Shown here in pieces: positions 25,701 to 34,894 of a stretch of 64,000 nucleotides of DNA. The stretch comes from Phoronis australis (taxonomy: Eukaryota; Animalia; Phoronida): NCBI GenBank assembly GCA_002633005.1, contig NMRA01000455.1, forward strand, positions 172,652 to 236,651. Direction: 5' to 3'. The position numbers were made by a program, and so were the translations under genes. The notes beneath the pieces were generated by a model. It had not been told where the DNA came from. It searched no databases and saw only the letters and a list, made by a program, of their open reading frames with translations. Numbering within the stretch: position 1 is the stretch's first letter; each line of letters opens with the position of its first letter.

Positions 25701-27699
25701 CATTCCCATCAGCTGTTCATTGTAATGCATATAGCTAACAAAGTCTGCCTTGCACTAGTTATCGGATATGTGCGTGTGGATACTACGCTGGGGCAAGTTG
25801 CACTAGTGCAAGTTGTTTCAGGGTAAGTCTGTGTGCGGATGGGATTTAACGAAGCTGCACTTCCATTCCACTTGGTGCTTAAATATGAAATCAAGAAAAA
25901 AATGTATTTATCAATTAAGCAGATCAAACTAGACAACAAAGCAAAATATCCTTGTTTCCTGAAATTTACAGTGTAGAAATGCCAGTGATATTAGAGAAGT
26001 GCAGCACTTGTGGTGAATGAATGTGCTATATACCAAAAACTTAAAGCTAAAGATGACAACTGTGGTGAATGAATGTATTATATAGTATTACCATAAATTT
26101 ACATAAAGCTAAAGATGACAACTATGTTGAATGAATGTACTATATACCATAAACTTACATAAAGCTAAAGATGACAACTGTGTTGAATGAATGTACTATA
26201 TACCATAAACTTACATAAAGCTAAAGATGACAACTGTGGTGAATGAATGTATTATATAGTATTACCATAAATTTACATAAAGCTAAAGATGACAACTGTG
26301 TTGAATGAATGTACTATATACCATAAACTTACGTAAAGCTAAAGATGACAACTGTGGTGAATGAATGTACTATATACCATAAACTTACGTAAAGCTAAAG
26401 ATGACAACTGTGTTGAATGAATGTACTATATACCATAAACTTACATAAAGCTAAAGATGACAACTGTGTTGAATGAATGTACTATATACCATAAACTTAC
26501 GTAAAGCTAAAGATGACAACTGTGGTGAATGAGTGTGCTATATACCATAAACTTACGTTGAGCTAAAGATGACAACTTGCCAGCAACTGAGACTTGTTGT
26601 TTGTCTTTTGAGATTTTCAGCTGAAATTGAGCAGTGAAAATAAAAAGTAAAATTGTGACATTAAACAAATAAATTACCTTCAAAACTGAATAATGTCAAA
26701 GATCATCAAAGTCCATTAACACATTATGTTACTGTAATAATGGAGTTTTGTTGCTTTTTAAAGTGGAAATAAATTTTTGGTTCATCCAAAAAAATAATTT
26801 GATTTAGGCCATTTACCACTATACAATTTCACTCCAACAATTTGCTCCTAATTCTGGTGAGAAGTGATTTTTGGTCTTGCAAAGAAGTGACAGTTTGTTA
26901 TTTTTCAAGACCATGCATGGCAAACGAAGATAGACAAGCCACAACAAGGCAGTCTGTAGAGCCTCAGTGCAAACAATAATGAACATTTTGTTCTTTCCAC
27001 ACCCAGAAAGCACATTTATTTTGATTAAGGAACAATTTGAGACCAACTTCAAAGCGCTAAGTAAATAAATTAAAAGTAAATTTTTGTGGCAGAACGTGAT
27101 TTCATAGCTGATGTAATAGACATGATACTATCTAGTGTAGTGTTCAGATCAGAACTTCATGGTGAAAGTGGTGCAACTTTCAAAAGAACATTCACTTACA
27201 ACTGGATTACATATAGTCCAGTGTTGTACTACTGAGGTACATTTACAGGGACAGCTGTAAACATGGGAGTAACAAAAGTCACAACATTAAGTTGACGTAC
27301 CTTGGTGTGAACAAAGGAACAAACATGCAGCCTAGGCAATATTGATCGGCTACTTGGTTTATGTATGATCAGCTATCTGAGGCACATTTTCAATTCAGGC
27401 TCTATTGAGAGTCTTTAAGGACCATGGCTGATGGCTCCATTGGGCCAACGATACAGCCAGTAGGTTGCACCAACTGCACTTTGCCTGTGCTCAGTTCGAC
27501 AGAAATCAGAGAACGTCAAGCCATGCGTAAGAGAGCCGAGGCATATCAGATTGCGCTACAAGTACGTTCTTTCACGTTAAGTTCCTTCAATATCTTGACT
27601 ACTTACGACACTTTCTGTTTCCAAGGGCCATTCCGTATACAGGGTTAAATCGTACAAAATGTTGTCCTTACTTTCGGCTACGTGTTCGACCGCCGCCAT
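1485..27699 (-). CDS. NBAS: NBAS (neuroblastoma-amplified sequence / Sec39-family NRZ tethering subunit), 5' partial gene model, 31 coding exons; continues beyond the left edge
   Basis: 31 GT-AG exons join in phase into 3548 nt (~1182 aa) collinear with human NBAS as recalled (ILYDL..EWP, KDPYPQWR, WRCLSGSPYYK, ERFQPPRKRP, YRLVSLKSTTPEELY, KIKKRSWVLHECLERVPEN, LFTYHGSDLL, IFAESLLCS). Confidence 0.97.
2511..2736 (-). CDS. NBAS: NBAS exon 30 (AAEILEK...GRREPP...DCYE)
   Basis: Conserved motifs; AG/GT. Confidence 0.95.
3134..3398. repeat. 53-bp minisatellite, 5 copies, overlapping the donor of NBAS exon 29
   Basis: Unit cacattactttagtcttgtactgtaaatgattttaaccgtttgctgtttacct at 3134, 3187, 3240, 3293, 3346. 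Confidence 0.97.
3397..3459 (-). CDS. NBAS: NBAS exon 29 (LVTETSSRLHDQVDTLENHL)
   Basis: LHD.VD.LE motif; AG/GT. Confidence 0.92.
4289..4348 (-). CDS. NBAS: NBAS exon 28 (TDQLGFAFSILECLPQKGFG)
   Basis: DQL...LECLP motif; AG/GT. Confidence 0.93.
5090..5163 (-). CDS. NBAS: NBAS exon 27 (VTKKVIKDENQLMSVAMECIYLCQR)
   Basis: QLM..A.ECIY.C.R motif; AG/GT. Confidence 0.92.
5773..5931. mobile_element. hAT5-like MITE (GGATCCAGGATTT family), 5-bp TSD GACAC
   Basis: Degenerate TIRs; gacac on both sides; homologous to 19112 and 45298 copies. Confidence 0.7.
6228..6401 (-). CDS. NBAS: NBAS exon 26 (SSEEMF...WFVPFLNR...SKAT)
   Basis: W.VPFL.R motif; AG/GT. Confidence 0.94.
7211..7345 (-). CDS. NBAS: NBAS exon 25 (GLEVIYSDLVAMESMVYE...LMSA)
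   Basis: Conserved motifs; AG/GT. Confidence 0.94.
7748..7877 (-). CDS. NBAS: NBAS exon 24 (THDPD...WYARRACEIE...QVDNA...VP)
   Basis: Conserved motifs; AG/GT. Confidence 0.95.
8026..8100 (-). CDS. NBAS: NBAS exon 23 (LAINPNPVDLGLFLYEDDPALEKFR)
   Basis: FLY...P.L..FR motif; AG/GT. Confidence 0.92.
9058..9129 (-). CDS. NBAS: NBAS exon 22 (NSEVVAWPEDKWRAEDWVESDTC)
   Basis: W....RA.DW.E motif; AG/GT. Confidence 0.92.
9684..9820 (-). CDS. NBAS: NBAS exon 21 (AGDVNAL...FTYHGSDLL...NFPET...LLPEV)
   Basis: Conserved motifs; AAG acceptor, GTAAGT donor. Confidence 0.95.
10138..10321 (-). CDS. NBAS: NBAS exon 20 (LTLEQRELC...YLDRLSTYE...DYAR)
   Basis: Conserved motifs; AG/GT. Confidence 0.96.
10832..10945 (-). 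CDS. NBAS: NBAS exon 19 (FILCDTFHELDD...KLFSECDFQ)
   Basis: Phase 2-2, open frame, AG/GT. Confidence 0.88.
11443..11594 (-). CDS. NBAS: NBAS exon 18 (RKIKKRSWVLHECLERVPEN...DHG)
   Basis: Highly conserved motif; AG/GT. Confidence 0.96.
11782..11890. repeat. Short hairpin-core interspersed repeat (TTTGAGAACCAGTTT...AAACTGGTTCTCAAA); other copies ~48805-48861, ~57245-57336, ~60512-60590
   Basis: Four recognisable copies sharing arms and loop. Confidence 0.8.
12773..12898 (-). CDS. NBAS: NBAS exon 17 (IDNEEYGEALALA...SIQDYL)
   Basis: Conserved motifs; AG/GT. Confidence 0.95.
13649..13718 (-). CDS. NBAS: NBAS exon 16 (LVKRTYRLVSLKSTTPEELYTRK)
   Basis: Highly conserved motif; AG/GT. Confidence 0.95.
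14496..14677 (-). CDS. NBAS: NBAS exon 15 (CESVY...MERFQPPRKRPK)
   Basis: Conserved motifs; AG/GT. Confidence 0.95.
15000..15828 (+). mobile_element. 5'-truncated non-LTR retrotransposon (CR1/L2-group-like) 3' end in NBAS intron 14
   Basis: ORF with WNSLP..VK and CKCG...HIFFKCP motifs typical of LINE ORF2 C-termini, stop at 15595, AT-rich 3'UTR, AATAAA and A tail; 5' boundary approximate. Confidence 0.82.
16054..16197 (-). CDS. NBAS: NBAS exon 14 (ALIIARCHGAV...NLLGSSPEWFEP...GLE)
   Basis: Conserved motifs; AG/GT. Confidence 0.95.
17229..17278 (-). CDS. NBAS: NBAS exon 13 (YCVLPTVSDISWWSSE)
   Basis: D..WW motif; AG/GT. Confidence 0.9.
17628..17691 (-). CDS. NBAS: NBAS exon 12 (PGVESNNPVISEDPKKRKHVK)
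   Basis: Resembles human PGYDDLNP...KRKKIK; AG/GT. Confidence 0.88.
18638..18835. repeat. Degenerate interspersed repeat; other copies ~22157-22441, ~28848-29016, ~57640-57750
   Basis: Shared cctatttttgatag..., aaaacaattcct..., gtgaatccga..., gggtcctac segments. Confidence 0.6.
18881..19009 (-). CDS. NBAS: NBAS exon 11 (DGVYKMSLSPDG...HFSGRLSLW...DQ)
   Basis: Conserved motifs; AG/GT. Confidence 0.95.
19112..19251. mobile_element. hAT5-like MITE, same family as 5773-5931, opposite orientation
   Basis: Shared core tttagtgatatcaaatctagaa; flanks cagtt/cattt (1 mismatch). Confidence 0.7.
19578..19640 (-). CDS. NBAS: NBAS exon 10 (AEKKQSFFRRFRILNWRNQLE)
   Basis: Phase 0-0, ttccag acceptor, GTAAGC donor. 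Confidence 0.85.
20550..20787 (-). CDS. NBAS: NBAS exon 9 (NTGEY...HYPKG...WRCLSGSPYYK...KLQ)
   Basis: Conserved motifs; AG/GT. Confidence 0.95.
21329..21385 (-). CDS. NBAS: NBAS exon 8 (HFELLVVNFQGFLRKYLI)
   Basis: ELLV.N..G.LR.YL motif; AG/GT. Confidence 0.92.
21737..21828 (-). CDS. NBAS: NBAS exon 7 (QTSKSVRHVSDLSSAVAGLIFTDHKDQEEHW)
   Basis: DLS.A.AGLIF motif; AG/GT. Confidence 0.92.
22250..22310. repeat. (TTGTTA)n microsatellite
   Basis: Seen directly. Confidence 0.95.
22743..22920 (-). CDS. NBAS: NBAS exon 6 (SAHDEY...KDPYPQWRKLKWS...EISS)
   Basis: Conserved KDP.PQWR motif; AG/GT. Confidence 0.95.
23343..23416 (+). mobile_element. tRNA-derived SINE head or tRNA pseudogene
   Basis: A box TGGCTCAGGGG, B box GGTTCGAGTCC, cloverleaf-like spacing but mismatched stems and a non-canonical anticodon loop. 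Confidence 0.65.
24023..24070 (-). CDS. NBAS: NBAS exon 5 (NGECVAVLQDNCIEIR)
   Basis: Resembles human NGKLLAAVQDQCVEIR; AG/GT. Confidence 0.92.
24610..24690 (-). CDS. NBAS: NBAS exon 4 (IESPCTLASGLVKLINVQLPWQLEVC)
   Basis: Resembles human GLVRLVNKQINWHL; AG/GT boundaries. Confidence 0.9.
25244..25286 (-). CDS. NBAS: NBAS exon 3 (SIWTFLRSLGISAR)
   Basis: tttttctag acceptor, GTATG donor, phase fits exon 4. Confidence 0.75.
25469..25846. mobile_element. PIF/Harbinger-like MITE, TAA TSD
   Basis: Degenerate TIR (tccacacac/gtgtgcgga), internal GCAACTTG/CAAGTTGC repeats, TAA on both sides. Confidence 0.65.
26009..26577. repeat. 56-bp minisatellite, ~10 copies (two with a 6-bp insertion), overlapping the 3' end of NBAS exon 2
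   Basis: Unit aaagctaaagatgacaactgtgttgaatgaatgtactatataccataaacttacat. Confidence 0.97.
26557..26620 (-). CDS. NBAS: NBAS exon 2 (LKISKDKQQVSVAGKLSSLAQ)
   Basis: tttcag acceptor, GTAAGT donor, 64 nt gives the required phase 0->1; region poorly conserved. Confidence 0.7.
27607..27699 (-). CDS. NBAS: NBAS exon 1 (MAAVEHVAESKDNILYDLTLYTEWPLETESV)
   Basis: ATG at 27699, ILYDL..EWP motif, GTAAGT donor. Confidence 0.93.
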
Positions 27700-30600
27700 C
27701 GCTGAGTGCCCCCTCTGGTGGTAGCTTCATACATTGAAAGGCCCAGACATGCTGAACGTGAACTTTTTCTCAAGATCGCGTATGCGTGAACATGGAATAC
27801 ACAAATAATTCCCGTTCACGTTGATAAAAATTTGCACTGCACTAACTCAATTACATGTTTATAAAATAGCTCAAATTTTTACCGACAATATCTCCGGGTT
27901 CTGCCCGGCGTCATTGGCGTCTAGGACGAACGGCACAAGCATTTCGGTCTTTCCAGCCTGCTACACATCAGATTAGCGGTGGCTTTTTTACTTTTTGTTG
28001 AAAAGACATTCGTGAATGATGATATGTTTGGAGTGGAAATTACTTTCTGTCATGGAGTGGCCCAGCTTTGAGACATATCGTTTGTTATAGTAGTCGTTTT
28101 GAACTACTAAAACGAAAACACTCCCTCGCGAATGTTGATAACAACTTTCAGTGGATCGCATTGTTACAGAAATTTTCCAGAAACTCAAGCAAATTCATGC
28201 TCAAAATTCGTACGCAAACCAAAAAAGATCTAGAAAACTTGGTATGCACACTGGGCTTTAGAGCAAATCGATTCAGATTTTGAAAACATTGCATTTGGCT
28301 CTCGGGGCCCCTCTCAGGCTCGGCTGGCGGCCAATCAGGGGTGAGGCAGGGATAACAGAATCGTCTGTCACCCTCTTTCCCGATATTTATTGAATTTCGT
28401 TATTTTTCACTTGACATAAACTGGAACCAGACGGAGATGTATCCTGGTGAAGACATGAACTGGTGCTCATTTCTTGTTTTGAAATTACACATCATTGAGC
28501 CGGAGCCGGCAGCACGGCCGCCATTTAGTTGTTTTTGTTTTTAGGTACAACCTTCACTTAAAAATATGTACGACCTTATCGACAAGGGTACTTAGCCAAA
28601 TGCTTACGAAAACTATATATTTATTTTTTTTTCTGAAAGTAGAAAATTTGCAGTGTTTGATTTTTTTCGGACTTAATCTTGCTTGTACCTCCAATTTGGC
28701 ATTAAATGGTCACGTGGCCATGTTTTAAGTAAAACTTGGCGAAAAAGAATGATACATTCTTAACAAATAGGGTGAATGTTGCACTTTAACATTCCCTTTA
28801 CGTTTTATTAATGCTGCTTTAAAAGTTCTCATGAAAATCACGAAAATCCTATTTTTAATAACCCTCATGAAAAAGCCTCCGAGACAGTTCAAAAACAATT
28901 TTTACAGTGTTTTTTAAACACTGCCCAAAGCATAGATCAGAAAGGTTCATGTGAATCCGATTAGATATTTCTGAGATAAGATGTTCCCGCCATATAGTTT
29001 GGTGCTAAGGTCCTACTAGGCAGACCACTGATGTCATGGGCGCGGCGCAGTAGGGGTCTGGGGGCCTTAGCCCGGCCCCACTTATTTCAGTGCTGCCCCG
29101 TCCATGTGTCTCTACTAAGCAGTAGACTACTCAGAAGTAGAGGCAGTGACACTGTCTAGAGTCCTACATGCATCAGGTGCACATTTCAGTACAAACCAGG
29201 CGCCAAAACACTGATGAGAACATGCTGCTGAGACTCCTAGGCCCTATATAGGCATACTGTTTTGCCTATTTATTTTTCCAAATGCCGAATATAGCCCAAA
29301 TCCTTGTATTTACGGTTTCTCATCGAAATTATTAATATTGAGTTAGGACAGGGGAGTGACACACCAACGCACGTGCTAAAAACTCCGCGGACGCTACCTT
29401 TTTTGAAGCCCCCGTGGCACAAACGGAATAATCTCCGATGATTCATTTACGAAGAAAGTTTATTTACAAATTCTTAATTTAACGTGTAGAAAGTAACTTG
29501 ACAACAAGTCACAACCGAGTTAGTCTAGGCCCTACCTCATTGGGTTGGGTCATGGGTCCCGGCCAGCGGCCCTATACGCGGTTGAGCGCAGTTAGCCGGC
29601 GGCCATGCCGCCGCGACAGCCGCCTAACTGGGACCTGAAAATCATGAACACGCAACCCGAGGCCGAACGAGGTCTGAAAATTAACCAATATGAAAATCAT
29701 TGTTTCTGTAAAAAGTTTGTTACTAGTTTACATTTTCGAAAAGCGAATCTCAAGTCTAGTCCATACGCGCACCCTGCCGCGAGGGGGGGGGGGGACTCGA
29801 ACGACCTCTCGTCTGGCGAGTGGGCAAAGCTGCCTCAGAGAAACGAAGAGTCCCGGCCGAGAAAACGAGACAAAAGTCCATTAAAAAAGCGTGAATGCAC
29901 AATTCATAGCTTTGAACGTGGTACCCCTTCTAGTTTTAGTCCCCGTTTTCGTTAGTAAATGGTCTACGAGCCAAAAATCCGAACTCCCCTTAGGCTGCCC
30001 GGGTGCGCGCGCATGCAGTCGATTTTGCGGATGCTACACTACTCGTGCCCGGCGTTTACTCATGTCTGTAACATACGGACTTTCCGCTGGTTGCTTGAAA
30101 CACTACCAAACAGAAGTGATCTCTCTGCACTGGATAATGTTTACGGCCGTCAGCGGGGGTGCTGCATGGGGATGACTGCTATCCAATGATTGCCCGGTTG
30201 AAGGAATGAAACAGTCCCCGGCTATCCGGCTATAGCAAGTTCTCGGCCTACTAAATTCTGCGTATTTCAGTTCTCAGTGTTCCTTACTCAAAAATGTTGC
30301 AATTTTCCATAATTTTATGAGGTTCTCTTTGGCTAATGACATTTTCTAATAAGATAACAAAAAACTAAGCCCAGTAGTCCTGAGGGGTGCTGCAGATAGG
30401 CCTACTTAGCAAAGATACTATATCCCAAGATAGGTAACTATACTGAAATCTTTACCTCAGTAGTAGGAGTCACTTGAGATAACAACGTACACTCTCAATT
30501 TGTATATAAACCAGAAATTGACTTAGTAAAAAGACTCAAACAGAAGAAGAAAAGAAAAGCAGTTCACAGGCCCACAAAGACACAGTATATTTAGAGAACT

Positions 30601-30833
30601 CAGTTGGGCCCCTTTTTAGCACCAATTGGCATGCAACCCGGCCACTGGTCTCGGTTGTGTTTACATATGACGTCACACATTATCCGTAAAAATGTCACTG
30701 GAGGGCGCTGGTTCGAGATTTACACAGCTAAGTCAACACGCAACAGTCAACACTCAGTCATACCGTGGTTGCTTCGCCGTTGTGAAGACGAAGTTTACGT
30801 CCGTCTACCACGTCTAACTTCCTGCTATTAAAC
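27700..30833. promoter_or_regulatory. Divergent intergenic/promoter region between NBAS (-) and glutaredoxin A (+)
   Basis: Head-to-head ATGs ~3.1 kb apart; CpG-richer patches; CCAAT (~28331), YY1-like GCCGCCATTT (~28517), CRE TGACGTCA (~30668). Confidence 0.5.
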
Positions 30834-32662
30834 ATGTCTCGGGAAAAAGCTAAGACGTTTGTAGACGCAAAAATTGGAAGTCACAAGGTACCGCTTTTCG
30901 TGACAAATTCACATGGCTGGATTGTTTTCTATACAACAAGATTTACCGGGTACGACCTGACCTCGCTAGTGTCAGTGAGTCAGTGAGTGATTTGAACTCA
31001 ATGTCAGCTGGTTCCAATGTCAAATAGACATAATTGTTTCTATTAGGTATGTAGTTTGCACTGGTGAACGTTCACGTGGAATGTCTTTATTTTCAGTGAA
31101 CAGTTTCTCGTAAGCCTTTTCTATTGCAAGACCTTTCACTTTCAGGTTGTGGTTTTTTCCAAAGTGACTTGTCCTTACTGCAAGATGGCCAAGGCCGCGC
31201 TCAAAGATTGCAAGGCTAAATATGAAGTTGTGGAGATTGACAGATTGCCAGACTGTAGCGCCATCCAAGAATATCTGGGCAAGATTACTGGAGCGCGCAC
31301 TGTAAGCTAGTTGAAACTCCCTGCCAGTGGGGGCTCAGTGTTACATCTGTGTGAGACAACTCCTACGCTAACATTTGGAATTTTGTTACTCCATGCAGCC
31401 TAAGTGACCATAAGCCAACATTACGGCGTTTTCCTGTTGCTCCCAACTTGTTCGAATATTCTATAGCTCAACAACAAGTTGGGAAGTTTACTCCTGTAGC
31501 CAATATCTTACACGACTGATTAACTCTCATTCTGGCATTTAGGGTTGGAGGGCCAGCTCTCTTTTGTTCGATAATTGCTCTAATCTCCAATAGATGGGAT
31601 CTTCCCTGACTAGTCGTGCTGTTGAAAATAAAAGTTAAGTTATAACATATTTGAACATAAAAACCAATAGCATTTCTGAAATCTTCGTCAAATGATGATC
31701 ATGTTTCAGTGAATCGCCAAAATCGCCCAGCTGCAACTGAAGTTATGACAATCTATTCTTTCCGAATACACCAATTCACTTTGAGTTTGACTGTGTTCAC
31801 AAGTGGTTTGTAATAAGCCTGGTAGATAATTGGCCTTCTTGTTGTCACAACAGACAAAAGAGTGTGCTTGGCAGTTAACAAAGAAGCTAGATGTTATCAC
31901 ACGCTCAGAACCCCCTACATCTGGTAAAGTCACTGAATGGGAAAACGCTGTCATGAAACTGTGACTAACCAGCATCCTAATCGATTCCCAACTTAATGCT
32001 CGTGGCCTAGCCGCGATGCTTAAAAAAACTTATTCACTAATTATTTTCTCGTATAATGCATCGATTTTAAAAATTCAGTCATCATAGTCAGCATATCATA
32101 CACTTTTCAATGTTAAAAGTTGTGTTGTGTAGTAACTAAGTTACGTTAAAATGATTTTGTTGCATTGCTGTAATTTGCCTGGAAGAATGCTCAACTATGG
32201 GACAAGTGCCCTATTTGACTAATGCGCAGCATTGTGGGTAAATATGACCTTTGAATCAGAGAGGGTGTTTGGACAATTTGGGATGTGGCTGCTGTAAAGT
32301 TTTTTCAAAGTCGGCTAAATCTGATTCCAAAATTTGACATTTAGATTCCATTTTTCAAAAGTTCAGTGTATTAATTGCTGCAGTATTCAGAATCTCACTA
32401 TAGATTGTTACGTTATGTTGTATTGGTTGACTACATTTATGCACTGCAAACTATTTTTTGTTGTTGAAATTCATGAAAATACAAAATTTTCTTTAGATCT
32501 TCGCCACATTGCAATGAAGACGCTTTGCCATAGTCTGTGACTGAAACCAGGATTTTGTGCTTTCAGGTTCCCAGGGTGTTCATAGATGGGAAATGTATTG
32601 GAGGTGGCAGTGAGACCAAACAACTCAAGGATTCTGGGAAACTTCAGCTGATGGTGGCGTAA
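30834..32662 (+). CDS. GLRX: Dithiol glutaredoxin, copy A (CPYC), 101 aa; exons 30834-30887, 31146-31301, 32567-32662
   Basis: MSREKAKTFVDAKIGSHK|VVVFSKVTCPYCK...ITGART|VPRVFIDGKCIGGGSE...*; canonical GT-AG introns, all phase 0; TVP and GG glutathione-binding motifs. Confidence 0.95.
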
Positions 32663-34810
32663 ATGCTGTGAACCTTAATGGTGAATCATGGGACCAGTTA
32701 TTTTCTTTATGCGTGTATATGCTGTAGACTGTTATCTATTTATATTCAAGAAATACCTAAGTAAAATCTCGCCAATTTGGGATGCAATATGGTAGACAAG
32801 TTAAATTTTATTTTTTTCCATTGATTCAAATTGTGAGAATTTACCGTAGTTGTTCTTTGCAGTCGGGTATGTTGAATTAAATCTAGTTTACCTTTAGTAT
32901 TTTTCAACATTTTGCAACATGTGTAACGTGGGAATTATCTCACCGACAGTTATAAGGGTTATACGACAATTCATAACTAGGATCGTCTCCAATAAGTCAT
33001 TTTATCTAGTAACTGTGAGTCAAGTGAATAGTTTCAGGTAGGTGGAGCTTCAAAACTGGTGCATATTCACTATTGGTTTGTCATGCTATTTTAAAATATC
33101 ATAAACATGTCCATATTGCATTAAAAGCATAGTTTCAAATACTGAAAGGAAATTAACCAATTTGGTAATTCAAAAGATTATTTATATCCACACTATTTAT
33201 ACTTGAAGTGTTAAGTTTTTGCTTTACATAAAAATTCCTATTCTTGAAGCATAAAACAAATGACCTCTCTCATGAGTTTTAAACTAGCCATATCAATATA
33301 CAAAAACTTGTGCTAGTTGAGCCAAACTAGTTAGGAAAAATCCAAACTGGTTACCATGGTGACTAAAAGTAGGTCATGGAAAGCTCTAATTCGGTAAATA
33401 TCTTCTAAATTTTGACAAAATGGAATATTATTCACAGAAGCTCTGTGTTTAATGCACAAGTCATAAAGATTGTTCATGGTGAACTATGATCTTGTGGAGT
33501 ATTTTTTAGAATAATTCTAAATTAACTATTAAAATAAGTCCTTAATGGTATCACATTCCATTTATCGTGTAGTTGCCCATTGTCAGTGATGAGAAAAGTT
33601 CTCCTGCAGTAAGCATCCTCAAAACAACATGTCATGTTAAAAATAACATTGCGTTAAGCTGATATTTTTGTTGTGCATCAGTATAATTCATATTATTTGC
33701 CTTTTTTGCCAAGAGGTCCACCTGTGGATGGGCCCATTTCCCGAAACCCCTCCTTTATGAATATTATTGTTGTATTTATAACTAATTGTATTTCTTTTTT
33801 GTTTTTTCAGTCACACTTATCCCTTGCTATTTCCCAGTTTCTTTTGGTCTTAATCACTATATTTTTGTCGGAAGTTCATATAATCTTGATTTTATCATCG
33901 TTTACTCTACTATTTTTGGTTGCATGTGATCCTAAGTTTACTTGTATCATATACTTTTGTCAAGATTCATATCTTGGTTTGGTCATCTTTTACTCTACTG
34001 TTCTTTGTTTGTGATTCTTGTATTCCTGTATTGGTTTTGATATCTGATTGTAAGCCTTGTGCTTCATTTTTTCTTATAAGCATTTTAGCACATTTGTTTG
34101 TGATATATTTATACAATTAGTAACCATTATTGAATTTCTCTAGTGGCGATATTGTGAAACTGTTGTGCTGTTCCTGTCAGGTGAATTGCTCCATATTTTA
34201 TTTTCTTTCCTCACTTTGTTTATCGTGATCACTTCGGTCATTCAGTCAAGTTGTACTAAAGTGTTTTAACAACTTAAAAGTTGTTTAGGCTTGTCTCATT
34301 TCTCAAGTGAATGTGTCATTACTTTTATATCATGAGTGTAAAGTATTATTCTAACTGACTGTGATATCCTTCTGCATCTATTTAGAACTGATTTGTCTAG
34401 TATATTCACCATCGGATGCTTTAATAAATTTCTGTTGGTTCTATGAAAAAGTAGCTTCATAGTTTGTCCACAGGGATTATCCATTAAGTCATTGACATTT
34501 GATGAGCTGGTGTGCATAAAAATCAAAAATAATCCACCTGACAGGTTTGCACAGAGCATCGTCTCGCCGTAGAACGAATAGCAATTATAAGTGGTCAGGA
34601 CTAAAATTAAAGTTTGCTTCTTGGACGGAACAAGCACTTTTAAACTGGATTGGTTTTGGTATTTTTTTCTGAATTTCTGATCGACGTCAGTACTTGAAAA
34701 CGGCTGCCACAGTAGTTGAATGATGATCCTAAAAACAAAATTCTGCTTTTATCATGAATTCGAGTGCATAGGCTAGTAGGCCTAGTCAGTAAATTATTTG
34801 AATCACGTGT

Positions 34811-34894
34811 CAGAGGCGAATCCAGGATTTTGAGTTAGGGGGGCAGGGCAGACAATTTCAGCTGCCAAATTGAATCTGCCTAAATCCGCCACTG
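34811..34894. mobile_element. Internally deleted CAGGGGCGGATCC-type MITE
   Basis: cagaggcgaatccaggattttgagttagggggg ... taaatccgccactg; homologous to 37138 and 40674. Confidence 0.65.

Noticed and set aside
26009-26577. CRISPR-like array (also 3134-3398)
   Set aside because: No unique spacers, eukaryotic intron, no cas genes; plain minisatellites
26579-26580. GC-AG intron as the main NBAS exon 2 donor
   Set aside because: A canonical in-frame GTAAGT donor lies 24 nt further on and is more parsimonious
27301-27331. Alternative 31-nt candidate for NBAS exon 2 (AACLFLCSHQ)
   Set aside because: Phase fits but the acceptor is weak and the peptide short; 26557-26620 has better splice signals and length
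31146-31301. Selenocysteine-containing glutaredoxin
   Set aside because: Both active sites use Cys codons; no in-frame TGA in either copy
33700-34500. Strand-biased tract resembling a decayed retroelement ORF on the minus strand
   Set aside because: Many stops and no recognisable domain; cannot be supported
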